This document shows positions 40,030 through 53,223 of a DNA stretch of 64,000 nt, piece after piece (positions within the stretch are counted from its first letter, which is position 1; each line of letters begins with the position of its first letter). The position numbers were made by a program, and so were the translations under genes. Origin of the DNA: Octopus sinensis (Eukaryota); contig NC_043008.1 of NCBI RefSeq assembly GCF_006345805.1, positions 75,640,001 through 75,704,000 of the forward strand, written 5' to 3'. The notes under the pieces are model-generated. The model was not told the origin of the DNA, made no database searches, and saw nothing but the letters and a program-made list of their open reading frames with translations.

Positions 40030-40283
40030 GTTTTTACTCCTTTTACTTGTTTCAGTCATTTGACTGTTCCATGCTGGTGCACCGCCTTTAATCGAGCAAA
40101 TCGACCCCAGCATTTATTGTTTGTAAGCCTAGTACTTATTCTATCGGTCTCTTTTGCCGAACCGCTAAGTTAGGAGGACGTAAATACACCACCATCAGTT
40201 GTCAAGTGATGTTGGGGGGACAAACACAGACACACAAACATATATACACATATATACACATATATACACACACATATCTACAC

Positions 40284-40326
<43 letters not shown>

Positions 40327-40508
40327 ATATATATATACATACATATATACGACAGGCTTCTTTCAGTTTTTGTCTACCAAATCCACTCACAAGGCTTTGG
40401 TCGGCGGCCCGAGGCTATAGTAGAAGACACTTGCCCAAGGTGCCACGTAGTGGGACTGAACCCGGAACCATGTGGTTGGTAAGCAAGCTACTTACTACAC
40501 AGCCACCT
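40030..40508 (-). mobile_element. near full-length tRNA-derived SINE with internal (TA/CA)n
   Basis: Head ggtggctgtgtagtaagtagcttgc...ggttccgggttcagtccc; tail ggcggtgcaccagcatggaacagtcaaatgactgaaacaagtaaaag. Confidence 0.85.
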
Positions 40509-41896
40509 CTGCGCCAAATAAACAAAAATATAGATATATGCATTCTACCACACTTTTTACTGAGAATGGTGGGCTCATAACTTCTATTATCTTCTCAAAT
40601 CTTACCCTTTCTGCCTAAGTTTACCTTCGATATACATTGTTTACAAAGCTTTCCAAATCTTACAAATTTATTTCTCTCTAAAACCGCTTACATAACCTAT
40701 ATCACTTACATTCCTCCTATTTGTCCTCCTACTTCCGATTCCCCACCTCGGTTCCACTTTTCTCTTTCCTGCTCCTCACCTTTTAATGCCTAGCTTTACT
40801 TCAACTCCGTGTCGTATATGTACTATTTTTCTTTCTCTTCCTTTTCTTTTTCTTTGACTTGCGATGCTATGTACATTCATAGATAAATACATAGAAGCAG
40901 GCACGCACGCGCAGCACACATACTCTCTCACACACACTAGCACTCACACGCACTCGTATATAATATCTATATGTGCGTGTGCCTGTGAGTGAGTGTGTGT
41001 ACACCTGCTTATTTAATTTCTCATCTACTGTTTTATTTATCTTTTAATATAATCCCAACTCTTAAGTCCCAAACTTGCAATCTTATCATTCCATTTACTT
41101 GTTGATTAATCATTTTGCAATTCCTAATTTTCTCGATCTATTCCGCCCATTTTCACTTGCATTTACAAAAGGATGTTTTCGATTTTACTATCAAATATTT
41201 CTGTATTTCACCGTTAAATTTTATCCTCCTCACCACCACCAGTAGCGAAACTACACTCTTGCGTTTTGGAAAATTAGTCACCGAATAAAATTTAATTGTT
41301 TATTCTTTGAATTGCATTACGTCATATCATTATATCACATATGCCATCAAATTTTGGTTTAGTATGATCACTATTGTCCGATTAACGGTAACGTGAAACA
41401 TAAAAGTTTGTCGGCTTTAATAAATCGGATAGTCTTCTACCTTTGGTATTCAAGTCCTACATTTCTCCTTGTTTGAATTCATGTTCTTAGTTGTATACGT
41501 ATACACGTGCGCGCGCACACACACATGTATATATATATAATTATGTGCGAGTAAGGAATTAAGATATAACTCTACTCAATATTTGAAAGTTAAATGAAGA
41601 GAAACTATTTGTTTAAAGTTTTGAAAATATAGAAATATCTCATTTCGTCCAGCTGCATCTCTTGCTTGGCGTGCTTCCTCCCTTTCTCTTATACAGGTTT
41701 TGGGTCTGACGATACGCCATAAAGCTAAAACTTTAAGGACGGGAAACCCAGAGGAATCCCACAAACTGACCCACCCTACTTTTAATATATTCTGCTATAC
41801 ATCTTAGAGTGTGCTTCTTTCGGATTTATGTTTTCTACAAACGATATAGAAAGAAAGAAACAAAAGACACATTCAGTAACAGTACTGTAAAATAAT

Positions 41897-42091
41897 GATT
41901 ATTTACCGACATAATGTGGCGGTCCCGGTAGGGACAAATGTTACTGTTATTTAAACACAGAAAATATCGTCGAAAATACAAGAACGTAGATTGTGTGTCG
42001 TATAGTCAGCTGGAGACAATATTTTGGGGGCGGGTAAATGACAGTAACATTTGTCCCGACTGAGAATGGCACATTATGCTGGCAAATAATC
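41897..42091. mobile_element. MITE with about 55-bp imperfect terminal inverted repeats
   Basis: attatttaccgacataatgtg...gggacaaatgttactgttattta / taaatgacagtaacatttgtccc...cacattatgctggcaaataat. Confidence 0.65.
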
Positions 42092-42167
42092 TTTACTATA
42101 TATATATATATATATTATATATATATATACGCATATATATATATATACATATAGGCATATATATATA

Positions 42168-42241
<74 letters not shown>

Positions 42242-42339
42242 TGTATGTATGTATGTATGTATGTATATATATATATGTATGTATGTGCGTGTATGTGTGT
42301 TGGCTACGGCCGATCAAAAAAGTTACCATTGGTTTCACC

Positions 42340-43080
42340 TCAATAATTGCTCAATGCAAGTGACACAGCAGACTTGCTTGCCGGAGGAAAGTAACCTCTT
42401 TATTAATATAGTCTTGACTAGCAAGGTTATGAAGAAAAAGTCCAAAGCGAAATTCTTCGAAGTGAAAGCCTCTTCTGGGCAAGGTGAAGTTATCTTCACT
42501 GATCAACAACACGGACAATTGCTGTAGCAAAGGGAGGCTCCTTTAAGCTGTAACTAAGTCACTCCAGGTCCTCTTTTAGGATTTCGGAGAGTCACAAAGT
42601 TGCATCTTTGTTCTACAGCATATGGCATTTAAAAGAAAAGAGTGCACCATACAGTATGAAATAGAAGCGTCTAAAACGGCCAGTACTATTCCTCAAGAGG
42701 AGCAGACGGTGCAAACTCTGATTGTCCGAGAGGGCAAGTATCCTGACAAATTTTCTGTACCACTGGGGCCTTATTAAATTCCAAAACTGATGAGTTTAGT
42801 CTGTGCCCACACGGGAGATAATTCGTGCCGGAGACATGGCATTTCCCCGCTTGCTGGGTAGAGAACATAAATCGTACATAAACGCCCCCCCCCCTTCGGA
42901 CACAAACGGAAACTCAATCTCGCCCAGAAGAGGTTTTGCTTCGAAGAATTTTCGATTTTCTTTTCCCAAACTTCCACGTCAAGTCTGTATTCCTACCTTT
43001 GTATCCTGTTTCGCCTATATTGCTAAGAGGAATAATAGACGCGAAAACAATGTTAACTTCTTGACCAGCCATAACCAACG
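42340..43080 (-). mobile_element. decayed coding-like segment, possibly a LINE ORF1 remnant
   Basis: GC-richer block between microsatellites; frames such as GRLCTIYVLYP and YLPSRTIRVCTV..GIVLAVLDAS weakly resemble Tx1/L1-type ORF1. Confidence 0.3.
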
Positions 43081-43464
43081 ACTACATTAAATACCACTGC
43101 TCAATAATTGTTTTAAAGTATGAATTACTCTGATTTATGAACAACTGACCCACCTTATATATGTGTGTGTGTGCATGTGTGTGTGTGTGTGTGCGTATGC
43201 GTCTGTATGTATATGTCTGTGTGTATATGTATGTTCGTGTATATGTATGCCTAATTATACCTATATCTAACTTTCTGCATGTTATTTATATATGAAAATG
43301 AACATGAGTACCTATGCCTGTATCACTTTGCTTTTGTCCTCTTGTGTCTATAGCCATCATTTTTTCTGGTTATACTGTTATTTGATTTCGGTTTATATGT
43401 TTTATTCTTATGGAAGCTGTTATATCTCTAATATCTCTCAACAAACCTCAACATAATGCAGATA

Positions 43465-43546
<82 letters not shown>

Positions 43547-43587
43547 TAAAGAATGGAGTTGAACGACGATTTAACAAAATTCCTTTA

Positions 43588-43669
43588 TTCTCGACATATG
43601 TTTCGAAGGCTGCATATTCCTAATTTCGAAGGAATAGGGGTGCATTATGCCGCCTTCTCATCAGGAAAA
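43588..43669 (-). ncRNA. type I hammerhead ribozyme (left arm)
   Basis: Mirror image of 43713-43795. Confidence 0.75.
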
Positions 43670-43712
43670 ACAAGGAACTTTGTTCATGTTGATGCTGACA
43701 TAAGTTCCTTGC

Positions 43713-43795
43713 TTTTCCTGATGAGAAGGCGGCATAATGCACCCCTTATTCCTTCGAAATTAGGAATATGCAGCCTTCGAAACATATGTCGAGAA
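43713..43795 (+). ncRNA. type I hammerhead ribozyme (right arm)
   Basis: ttttc CTGATGA gaaggcggcata...tatgcagccttc GAAA catatg TC gagaa. Confidence 0.8.
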
Positions 43796-43990
43796 TAAAG
43801 GAATTTTGTTAAACCGTCGTTCAACTCCATTCTTTCATTTATTTGTATTAAAAAAGTCACACAAATTTCCACACGAAAGCACGTGATCTCTACCCTTGGC
43901 ATGTAGCTTCAACCGTGTTTTTCTGACGTGAATTTGCTACCCAGGTATCGGTTAACCGAATTATCCAAACTAAGATAATTCATTCAACTA

Positions 43991-44041
<51 letters not shown>

Positions 44042-45379
44042 TATATATATACAGTGAATGCCGACCTATAACTTAATCCATTGCTGTGTTTTGAGTATAA
44101 TTTTCAAAAGTAAAATGCAAAGACCGATGTAATATATATTTTTATAGTTTTGCCTCCACTGAAATATCTTATAAGCATTAGATAAAGATGTTTCTGTTAT
44201 AAATCTTTATAAGCATAAACATTTTCCTGTCGTACATACCAATCTATGAAAGTTACTCAATAGCAGCATATAATTGAAGTAAGAATTCTTCCAAACTATG
44301 GCTGGATATTTTATGGTTTGCTCTGTTGTAACTTCAAAGAATATTATAATTTTATAGCACTATTTATCGAACAAGGGCCCGATTAAAATGTTTATGACAG
44401 AATTTGCAAGCAAACCAGAGTCGGTTATGAATATGTACGTTGTAAATTTCTGGAAGTTTACTTAAAATTACGACCAGAGATAATCTAGGTAGCAGACAAC
44501 AGTCTATTATTTGTATACTTATATTGGGAATTAAAATACTTCAAGATTTAATTATTTCTACTTCTTTGTTTTATTGCTGTTTAATAAAGATACTTGTATG
44601 TATAACGAGTGTGTGCGTGCGTGTGTGTGTGTGTGCGTGTGCGTGTGTTTGCATGTGTGCGTGCGTGCTGTAGAAGAACCTTGCGGCAACGTTAGTGTGT
44701 TTATTTCATTCCCTGATCTATGAAATAATAAATTATTGTGAAGATATAGAGATGACTATGTAACCCTTCCCCGCACCAGACATTAGTGCAGTGTATTGAT
44801 GCATACGCATAAAATCCCATCTGTTTCCACTTTTGTCATCTTGGTACATAATGGAGCTCATCATCTCAAGTGTCGGCTCACATCGGAAGGAAGCGTTTAG
44901 TCAAACCAATCAGCTAATCCATTTTAGCAGTATTTAGGGTTTAGACCATGAGGAAATGGAAAATATTCCTTTGATTTAGTGATGGACATTCATAATAGAA
45001 ATATTGTAATGCATTTCAGTTTCGAGACTTGCCTATCCCTAGTTTCGCATCTTTGTTTGTCGATCATATAAAAATTTGAACCCAGAACTAGGACCATTAT
45101 TTAATTCCACTGATATCTGACATGTTTCCTCTAATTCAATTGTTTTGAGAACATATAAAGAGTAGCACGCCTTACAGATTACAGTACTTGCAACTACTCG
45201 TTCATAATATCATACTTGTAGAGAGATTTAATAAAGAGTAAAGAGGCATTTAATTTTTTCTGTATTTCTTACTTCTAACTTTTCAAATAGTATCTTGAAG
45301 TAGGTTCCGTTTTCTGCTAATGATTCGGCTATTGTCAATACTTACATTCATTCTATATAAGTTTACTGTAACTGTATGT

Positions 45380-45940
45380 GAGGGTATTACGTGATCGTCA
45401 AATAATACGTAGAAAAATATATTTGATGTTCGAAGGAAGCTAAGTAGATGTACAGAGATTGTCAGGAGACTGTATTTTGCGCTGGATGTTCTTATCAATA
45501 TTCATCAAATATTGAAGATTTTAGCTATATAGGCGAAATAAGGAAGAGAAGAATCATTCCAAGTGCTCCTACAATTCCTGGTATTGTAGCCGTTTGGATG
45601 TTTCACATCTCGATTTCGATTAGCAAATTTTTATATTTTCTGAGCTTATCAAATTCTTTTGCCGAGATACTATGGCCACATGGTATGCTTATGTCAATCA
45701 ATAAACAGACTTTATTATTTTGGTCTTTCACAAAAATATTTGGTTTATTTGGTCCGGTCTGTACATACTGGGAAGTCACAAAGGTTCGTTACATTTTTTC
45801 ACTCAGTTACAGCCTCAGGGTAGTGCATATACCATTTTTCAGCAGTTGTGGTTTTATAATATCAACATTATCCCTTGTCGATATTGGCCAACTCTGTCAT
45901 GTTTTGACTTGTACTCTACAGGTGCTGAAACCTTATACCC
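45380..45940 (-). mobile_element. older R4/Dong-like LINE RLE fragment
   Basis: APVEYKSKHDRVGQY...LCDFPVCTDRT...LFIDISIPCGHSISAKEFDKLRKYKNLLIEIEM...TIPGIVGALGMI. Confidence 0.75.
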
Positions 45941-46026
45941 AGAGATTAGGTAGTGCACTGTTTTAATCCCATCGTTGCAATATCAGCACTCCATATACTC
46001 CATTTTTCAGTTTCGGGTCAATTAAC

Positions 46027-46032
46027 TCTGAT

Positions 46033-46068
<36 letters not shown>

Positions 46069-46145
46069 TATTATTATTATTATTATTATCATTATTATTA
46101 TTATCATTATTATTATTATTATTATTATTATCATTATTATTATTA

Positions 46146-46201
<56 letters not shown>
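46027..46201. repeat. (ATC)n/(ATT)n trinucleotide tract
   Basis: Seen directly; source of the poly-Ile ORFs. Confidence 0.95.
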
Positions 46202-46202
<1 letters not shown>

Positions 46203-48731
46203 TATGTTTGACTTTTGCTTTATATTTGTACAAGTTGGCTCCAAGTCTCACCCAGAAACCTCAAGAGACAACAGGGTTGGAAGTTCATGTTGTTGTTATG
46301 CCTAGTGTGCCATATATTTGGGGGGTGGGGATGTTGTACTAATGAATGTCTAAAAAAAAAGGGGGGGGGGGGTTAAACCGAAAATTATGTTTGTTTTAAA
46401 CCTTGAGATTACATAGAGAGTATTTTGCGTAGGATATGAGCAGTTCCCATGAGCACTATCTTTTGAACTTCTGCCATTTTGGGGTTTCCTGGTATCTGAG
46501 TTAGGTAGCTATCAGCCCCTTTTGCTATCATTCCCAGGGCACCTATGACAACAGGTATTGTTTTAGTCTTCAGCTTCCACATTTTGCTGATTTCTATTTC
46601 AAGATCTTTATATTTGCTCAGTTTTTGGTAGGTCTTGACAGATACGTTTATATCGATTGGGACAGTCATATCAATGAGGAGGCATGTTCTTTGTTTGAAG
46701 TCTTTCAATATGATGTCTGGCCTATTTGCATCTATCTTCCTGTCAGTTTGAATGGTGAAGTTCCAGAGGAGTGAGATGTGGTCATTTTCAAACACTGGGG
46801 GTGGTTTGTGTTCCCACCAGTTTTTTTCATGGGGCAAATCCAGGTTTTTACAGATTACACAGTGAATATATTGTGCAGCTCTATCGTGCCTGTTGAGATA
46901 CTCTGTAGGCGCTAGAAGACTGCACTTGGAGACCACATGGTCAATGGTTTCATTTTTTTTGCTTGCATACACGACACGTTGGACTGCTTCTGATCTTTAA
47001 TATGTTGGCCTGGTAGTTTCTTGTTGGTAGGCATTGATCTTGAGGTGCTATGATAAACCCCTCTGTTTCAGATTTTAAGCCAGAGGCTATTAGCCATTGA
47101 TGGGTCAGGGCTTTGTCGATATCTGCATTATTCGCTCTCTTTGGGTATTTGCCATAGAGAGTTTTTTCTTGACATTTATTATTCAGAATATCTAAGGCCG
47201 CAGTTTTGGCACGGTTTTTCATGCGCCTAGCTTTTTCGGTGCTTGTTTCTTGTATATCTATCTCTAATTCCGAAATTGGTTGTATTCGGAATTCACTTAG
47301 ATATTCCTTTGCCTGTTTTGTGACTGAGTATGATGCTTTCTTGTTTTCATGTTTTGAGACAAGTTTTAACATCCTGTCCTCAGAGTTTTTCAGGTAGGTG
47401 TCTAGGCCAATTGTAGCAATCTTCATTGTTATTGCCAGTTGCAAAAGACCACGGCCTCCCTCTTTTCTTGGCAGATAGAGTCGTTCTGTATCTGCCTTAG
47501 GGTGGTGCATTCTATGCATTGTCAACATTTCCTTATTTTTCTGTCGAGCTGACATATTTCAGTAATTGACCAGTTAACAATATTGAAACTGTAAGTCACG
47601 ACTGGTATAGCTAATGCATTGATTGCTTCGATCCTGTTTCTTGCATTCAGCTCTGTCTTGAGTATTGCTCTCACTCTTCGATAGCATTCTCTCCTGATCC
47701 TTTCCTTTATCTCTGAATGCCTTATTCCGTTCCCTTCAATTACCCCTAGGTACTTGTAGCTCTCCGCTGGGTCTAATTCTTTTATGACATTCTGTTGGTC
47801 AAGGTTAACGTTAGATGTTTCTGTCATTTTTCCTTTGATAAAGGTAGCCTTTGCACATTTATCGAGGCCGAATTGGATTCTGATGTCGTCACTGAATTGT
47901 TTGACTATCGCTAGTAAGCCCTTGAGTTGTTGATCATTTTTTGCAAAAAGCTTTAAATCATCTATGTGAACGAGATGATTTATATTTTTATCAAACATTT
48001 TATACCCGTACTGCACGTCATTGAGCAGCTTTGAGAGAGGCTAAACAAAAGAGGAGTGGTGACAGTGAGTCACCCTGGAAAATGCCACACGAAATTTTTA
48101 CATCACCAGCATTTAGGGATTCACTGTCACTGTTCAGAGTTAGTGTGGTTCTCCATGATCTCATACTTACAGTCAAGAAGTTTCGCAGAGTTGGTGCTAT
48201 CTTATACATTTCAAGGCATTTCCTAATCCAGCTATGTGGTAGGCTATCAAAAGCCTTTTTATAGTCTATCCAGGCTATTGATAAGTTTTTGTGTCGTTTG
48301 TGACAATCTTCTAAGATCATCTTATTGATGAGTAGTTGGTCTTTACAGCCGTAGGATCCACGTTTACATCCTTTCTGTTCATTAGGGAATATGCTGCTGT
48401 CTGTTAAAAAACTATAGGTATATTCCGTCAGGACAGATGTTAGTGTTTTGTACATAGTTGTTAAGCAGGTTATGGGTCTATAGTTTTTTGGTTCATTTTT
48501 TTCTTCACTTTTTGGAAGCAGGAATGTTAACCCATTAACTAGCCAAGGAGGCATCCTACTAGGGTGTTGCAAAACATCATTGTACAGTTCTGTTAGCAGT
48601 TCATGGCTCTCTGGGAAGGCATTCAGCCAGAAGTTAGGAATTTTATCCTTTCCTGGAGACTTCCATTTGCTTGACCTCCTGAGAGCAGATCTTATATCTT
48701 CTACCTTGAGACCCTCCCACTTTTGCTCTTC
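46202..48731 (-). mobile_element. 5'-truncated R4/Dong-clade non-LTR retrotransposon (RT, CCHC, RLE; frameshifted)
   Basis: KSPGKDKIPNFWL...NYRPITCL...EQKGC...WIDYKKAFDSLPH...GIFQGDSLSP; HIDDLKLFAK...FGLDKC...YKYLG; CRVCKQK / ETIDHVVSKC...RHD...NFTIQTDRKIDANRPDI...KYKDLEIEISKMW. (TAA)n at both ends. Confidence 0.93.
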
Positions 48732-48779
48732 TATTATTATTATTATTATCATCATCATTATTATTATTCTTTTTAGAGA

Positions 48780-49300
48780 GAGAGCAGTGAATATCATCAA
48801 AGTGACACAAATATTGAAAGCCCAATATACCCATCATGATTACCCGACTGATAAGGGTACATACATCACAACCATATGTGCGCGACATGGTGATCTCATA
48901 TCAAGATAAACAGCAAATGACTTTGCAGTTGGGGCCCAGTTAAAATTCATTTCGTGAAGCCTATCCCGCTCAAAAGGTCAACGAATAAGGTTTTGATGAA
49001 CAAAACAACAATGTTTCCAGAGGTGTATTAACCAAACCCTAAAGAATTCCTCTCAACACACGGCTGTGATGCTTCTCCACTACTTCTGCTCGTGATCAGC
49101 GATGAACATATCGTCAGCCAACAAGACTCATGATCAACTGGTTATGGTCAAACAACTGACAAGCAAATCTGTAGTATTGAGCAGAATATTTGATCTAGCC
49201 CATGTTTTATACCAAAACAAATCAATGCACATGATAACACTTCCAATCAGTAAAGATTAAAAGCCATGCAACCACTGCCTGGTAGTGCTTCAGGGCGATT
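48780..49300 (-). mobile_element. diverged copy of the 560-bp (TAA)n-associated repeat
   Basis: Reverse complement aligns by eye with 25661-26216. Confidence 0.7.
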
Positions 49301-49321
49301 ATTAATATTATTATTATTATT

Positions 49322-50430
49322 CTATGTTTGACTTTTGCTTTATGTCTGTACAAGTTGGCTCCAAGTCTCACCCAGCGACCTCAAGAGAGAACAGGCTGGA
49401 AGTTCACGTTGTTGTTATGCCTGGTGTGCCATATATTTGAGTTTTTTTCCGGTGTTGTACTAGTAAATGTCTAATACATAAATTAAAAAAAGAAAAGTTT
49501 GTTTTAAACCTTGGGATTACATAGAGAGTAATTTGCGTAGGATATGAACAGTTTCCGTGAGCACTATCTTTTGAATTTCTGCCATTTTGGGGTTTCCTGG
49601 TATCTGAGTTAAGTAGCACTCAGCCCCTTTCGCTATCATTCCCAGGGCACCTATGACAACAGGTATTGTTTTAGCCTTTTGCTGATTTCTATTTCAAGAT
49701 CTTTATATTTGCTCAGTTTTTGGTAGGTTTTGGCAGATACGTTTATATCGATTGGGACAATCATATCAATGAGGAGGCATGTTCTTTGTCTGAAGTCTTT
49801 CAATATGATGTCTGGCCTGTTTGCATCTATCTTTCTGTCAGTTTGAATGGTGAAGTTCCAGAGGAGTGAGATATGGTCATTTTCAAGCACTGGAGGTGGA
49901 TTGTGTTCACACCAGTTTTTTTCATGGGGAAAATCCAAGTTTTTGCAAATTACCTAGTGAATATATTGTGCAGCTCTATCATGCCTGTTGAGGTACTCTG
50001 TAGGAGCTAGAAGACTGCATTTGGAGACATCATGATCAATGGTTTCATTTTGTTGTCGGCATACACGACATGTTGGGCTACTGTCGTTCTTTAATATGTT
50101 GGCCTGGTAGTTTCTTGTTGGTAGGTATTGATCTTGAGCTGCTATGATAAACCCTTCTGTTTCAGATTTTAAGCCAGAGGCCATTAGCCATTGATGGGTC
50201 AGGGCTTTGTGAATATCTGTATTATTCGCTCTCTTTGGGTATTTGCCATAGAGAGGTTTTTCTTGCCATTTATTATTCAGAATATCTAAGGCCGCAGTTT
50301 TGGCACGGGTTTTCATGCGCCTAGCTTTTTCTGTGCTTGTTTCTTGTATGTCTATCTCTAATTCCGAAATTGGTTGTATTCGGAATTCACTTAGATATTG
50401 CTTTGCCTGTTTTGTTACTGAGTATGGTGC
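49322..50430 (-). mobile_element. second, shorter copy of the same R4/Dong-like LINE (3' 1.1 kb)
   Basis: Colinear and highly similar to 46202-47340, with indels; preceded by (ATT)n. Confidence 0.9.
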
Positions 50431-51371
50431 TTTATTGTTGTTGATAGCAGAATGTATGACTTAATAATTATGCGGAAGGTTATTTATAATATCAGGAAAT
50501 GTTTTGAAGAAAATCATTTAAACATTTTCTACATACCAAACGAAGTACGCGTATATTGTAAACATCATGTTGTGGTTTTAAATATACGTGTATTTTCTAA
50601 ATTTTAATTACAGACCAGCTTAGTTGTATCCCGAATCAATTTTCATTATGCAGAGGGCATTTTGTGATTCTAATCACGTGCTATTATAATAAGTATTTTA
50701 TGTAAATTTTAAAACCCGAAATATATAGGTGTTATAGTTTCAATTATTTTTTGTTTATATGCAATTTACTTCAATTAAGAAGAGTGCTGACAGAAACGAA
50801 TTATCTTAAACATGTTTATGCATTGCTAGTACCTTCACTAGGCTTGTTGGTCAGTAATGTCAGCTCGTTTTCGTTTCACTAAATTATTCCTCTTTTGTCA
50901 TAAAAAAACTTCCTTTTAAATTAAAAAATTAAACAATTCCTCCAAGTCATTGAAGGGATATTTGCATTGAAATTACAAGGAACAAATATTGAAAATTATG
51001 ACAAAACTGAATTCAAATATCTGGTATTTTGTGGCAGGAAGTGACTACTTAAGTTTTCTACACTATAACCACTTTTGTTTAGATATACTAAAATGCGTCA
51101 GTGTAAAATTATACTCTTTGATATATGGAGCTTATATGAATTTAGAGCTTCAGCGTTGGTAAGAAAGCTTAATGCGAACGGAATGCATTCGGAGCTGTTA
51201 CTCTTAGATGCAGAACTTAACATCGTATTAGTCAATGACTAATATTGTATCCTATCATTAGAAAATATTGAAGATGTTGCTCATTGAATTCAAATGCTAT
51301 GACTAATTTGTCAATATTTTTATAACCTGGATTAAGACGCTTTTCCTTGTATGTAATCCAAATTTTATACA

Positions 51372-51449
<78 letters not shown>

Positions 51450-51545
51450 TATAGTTATGGTATTATTAAAATACCATCACAAGTGGTAAGCGAATTATTA
51501 GCCTTACAGGCAAATTAATAAAATGTATACATAAAATATTAGATA

Positions 51546-51598
<53 letters not shown>

Positions 51599-51781
51599 GA
51601 GGGTGCTACATGAATACCAATATCGCTAATTATAGAAGTAAAAAATATTTCTGTACCAGCGAAAAGTCACAAATCTATTACTGACAAGATAGGAAAAAAT
51701 AACAGTGAACAATAATAATGTCTTACGAAATTTCGCAGGCATGATGGGGGAGAATCTTAGTAGTTATTTAGCTGGTCGACT

Positions 51782-51837
51782 TTGGCTGGTGAAAAATCAC
51801 GCGTCTAGGTGGCGCTAATTTTCGAAACCGGTACCGA
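51782..51837 (+). ncRNA. degenerate type I hammerhead
   Basis: ttgg CTGGTGA aaaat...attttc GAAA ccgg TA ccga (A6 changed to G). Confidence 0.5.
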
Positions 51838-51983
51838 GTTGACTAGCATTTACTTTTTCTGACCCATTTGAGGTATGACATTATTGTTCACTGATAATTT
51901 TCCTATCTTGTCTGTAATAGATTTGTGACTTTTCGGTGGTACAGAAGTAATTTTTTACTTCTATAATTAGCGATATTGGTACT

Positions 51984-52020
<37 letters not shown>

Positions 52021-52242
52021 ACATATATACATATCTAATATTGTATGTATATATTTTGTTAATTTGCCGGTACGGCTAATAATTCGCTTACCACTTGTGT
52101 TGGTATTTTAATAATACCATCCCTATATATATTTATAAATGATTTTACGCATTTCGTTTGTTCGTATGGTGCTTGTTCACTTCAAACGAAATTTCGCAGG
52201 CATAATGGGGGAGGTTCTTAGTAGTTATTTAGCTGGCGGGCT

Positions 52243-52298
52243 TTGACTGATGAGACATCACGCGTATAGGTGTCGCTAAATTTCAAAACCGGTACCGA
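52243..52298 (+). ncRNA. degenerate type I hammerhead
   Basis: ttga CTGATGA gacat...atttc AAAA ccgg TA ccga (G12 changed to A). The consensus of the two copies is canonical. Confidence 0.5.
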
Positions 52299-52461
52299 GT
52301 TGACTAGCATTTACTTGTTCTGACCCATTTGAGGTATGACATTATTATTGTTCACTGATATTTTTTCCTATCTTGTCTGTAATAGATTTGTGACTTTACG
52401 CTGGTACAGAGGTATTATTTTACTTCTATAATTAGCGATATTGGTACTCATGTAGTACCCT

Positions 52462-52503
<42 letters not shown>

Positions 52504-52532
52504 ATATATATATGTACATATCTAATATTTTA

Positions 52533-52593
<61 letters not shown>

Positions 52594-52615
52594 CACACAT
52601 ACATACATACATACA

Positions 52616-52648
<33 letters not shown>

Positions 52649-53187
52649 TCCTCCGTTTTCTTTTTCTTTTTTTTCGTTATTACACGGTTTTTCTCTCTGA
52701 ATCCTTTCTCTCAAAGACCGTAGCCTCGAAAGGCTAAAGATTTTGCCTTTCCCCGAGCGTTAAACTAATACACCTGTCTGTTATTCCTTCACCAGCCATC
52801 GTCTTTTGTTTTCTGCAAATTTTGAACTGTGTGTGTGTGTGTGTGCGTTCGTTCGCGCGTGTGTAGATTCATTTTCATAAGAACATTTACTGGAAATGGT
52901 GTCATAAAACACATGGATATACTAGACACTCTCTTATTTGAGCAGTCCCTATTCAGGGAAAATATTTGCAATAAACTAATATGTATGGAAGGAATGAATT
53001 CACCTATAAATCCCGGGTTGATGTTTTTGAAAACTTTTTGAGATAAAAATGCGTCCTATATAATGTAGTAAAGAAAATTAATTTGAATCCAGTATTGATA
53101 AAAAGATTGGTCATCAGTTATAGCGAAATTATATGAAACACAACTGCACTAATGCGGTAATTGCTTTATCATTTTTCTTTTATTTAG

Positions 53188-53223
53188 AGCTGAGAAGATG
53201 TAAAAGTCTGTTTCATAAGTCAG
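53188..53223 (+). CDS. candidate 36-nt symmetric exon, phase 1-1 (xLRRCKSLFHKSx)
   Basis: Strong acceptor tttatcatttttcttttatttag, donor CAG|GTAAAA; only the phase-1 frame is open. Confidence 0.25.

Larger units (their letters stand above)
43540..43995. mobile_element. solo fold-back PLE pseudo-LTR: about 140-bp arms (43540-43680 / 43702-43843) plus 3' terminal tail
   Basis: Near-perfect inverted repeat homologous to 16545-16840 and 20165-20300; flanked by (TA)n. Confidence 0.85.
51450..52540 (+). mobile_element. non-coding inverted-plus-tandem unit (A' - BA - BA, period 461 nt) with hammerhead-like motifs
   Basis: 51450-51722 is the reverse complement of about 51877-52125; 51727-51990 is repeated at 52187-52455. 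Confidence 0.75.

Noticed and set aside
40440-40508. tRNA-like sequence (also at 31545 and 3340)
   Set aside because: These are SINE heads with A/B boxes and no complete cloverleaf.
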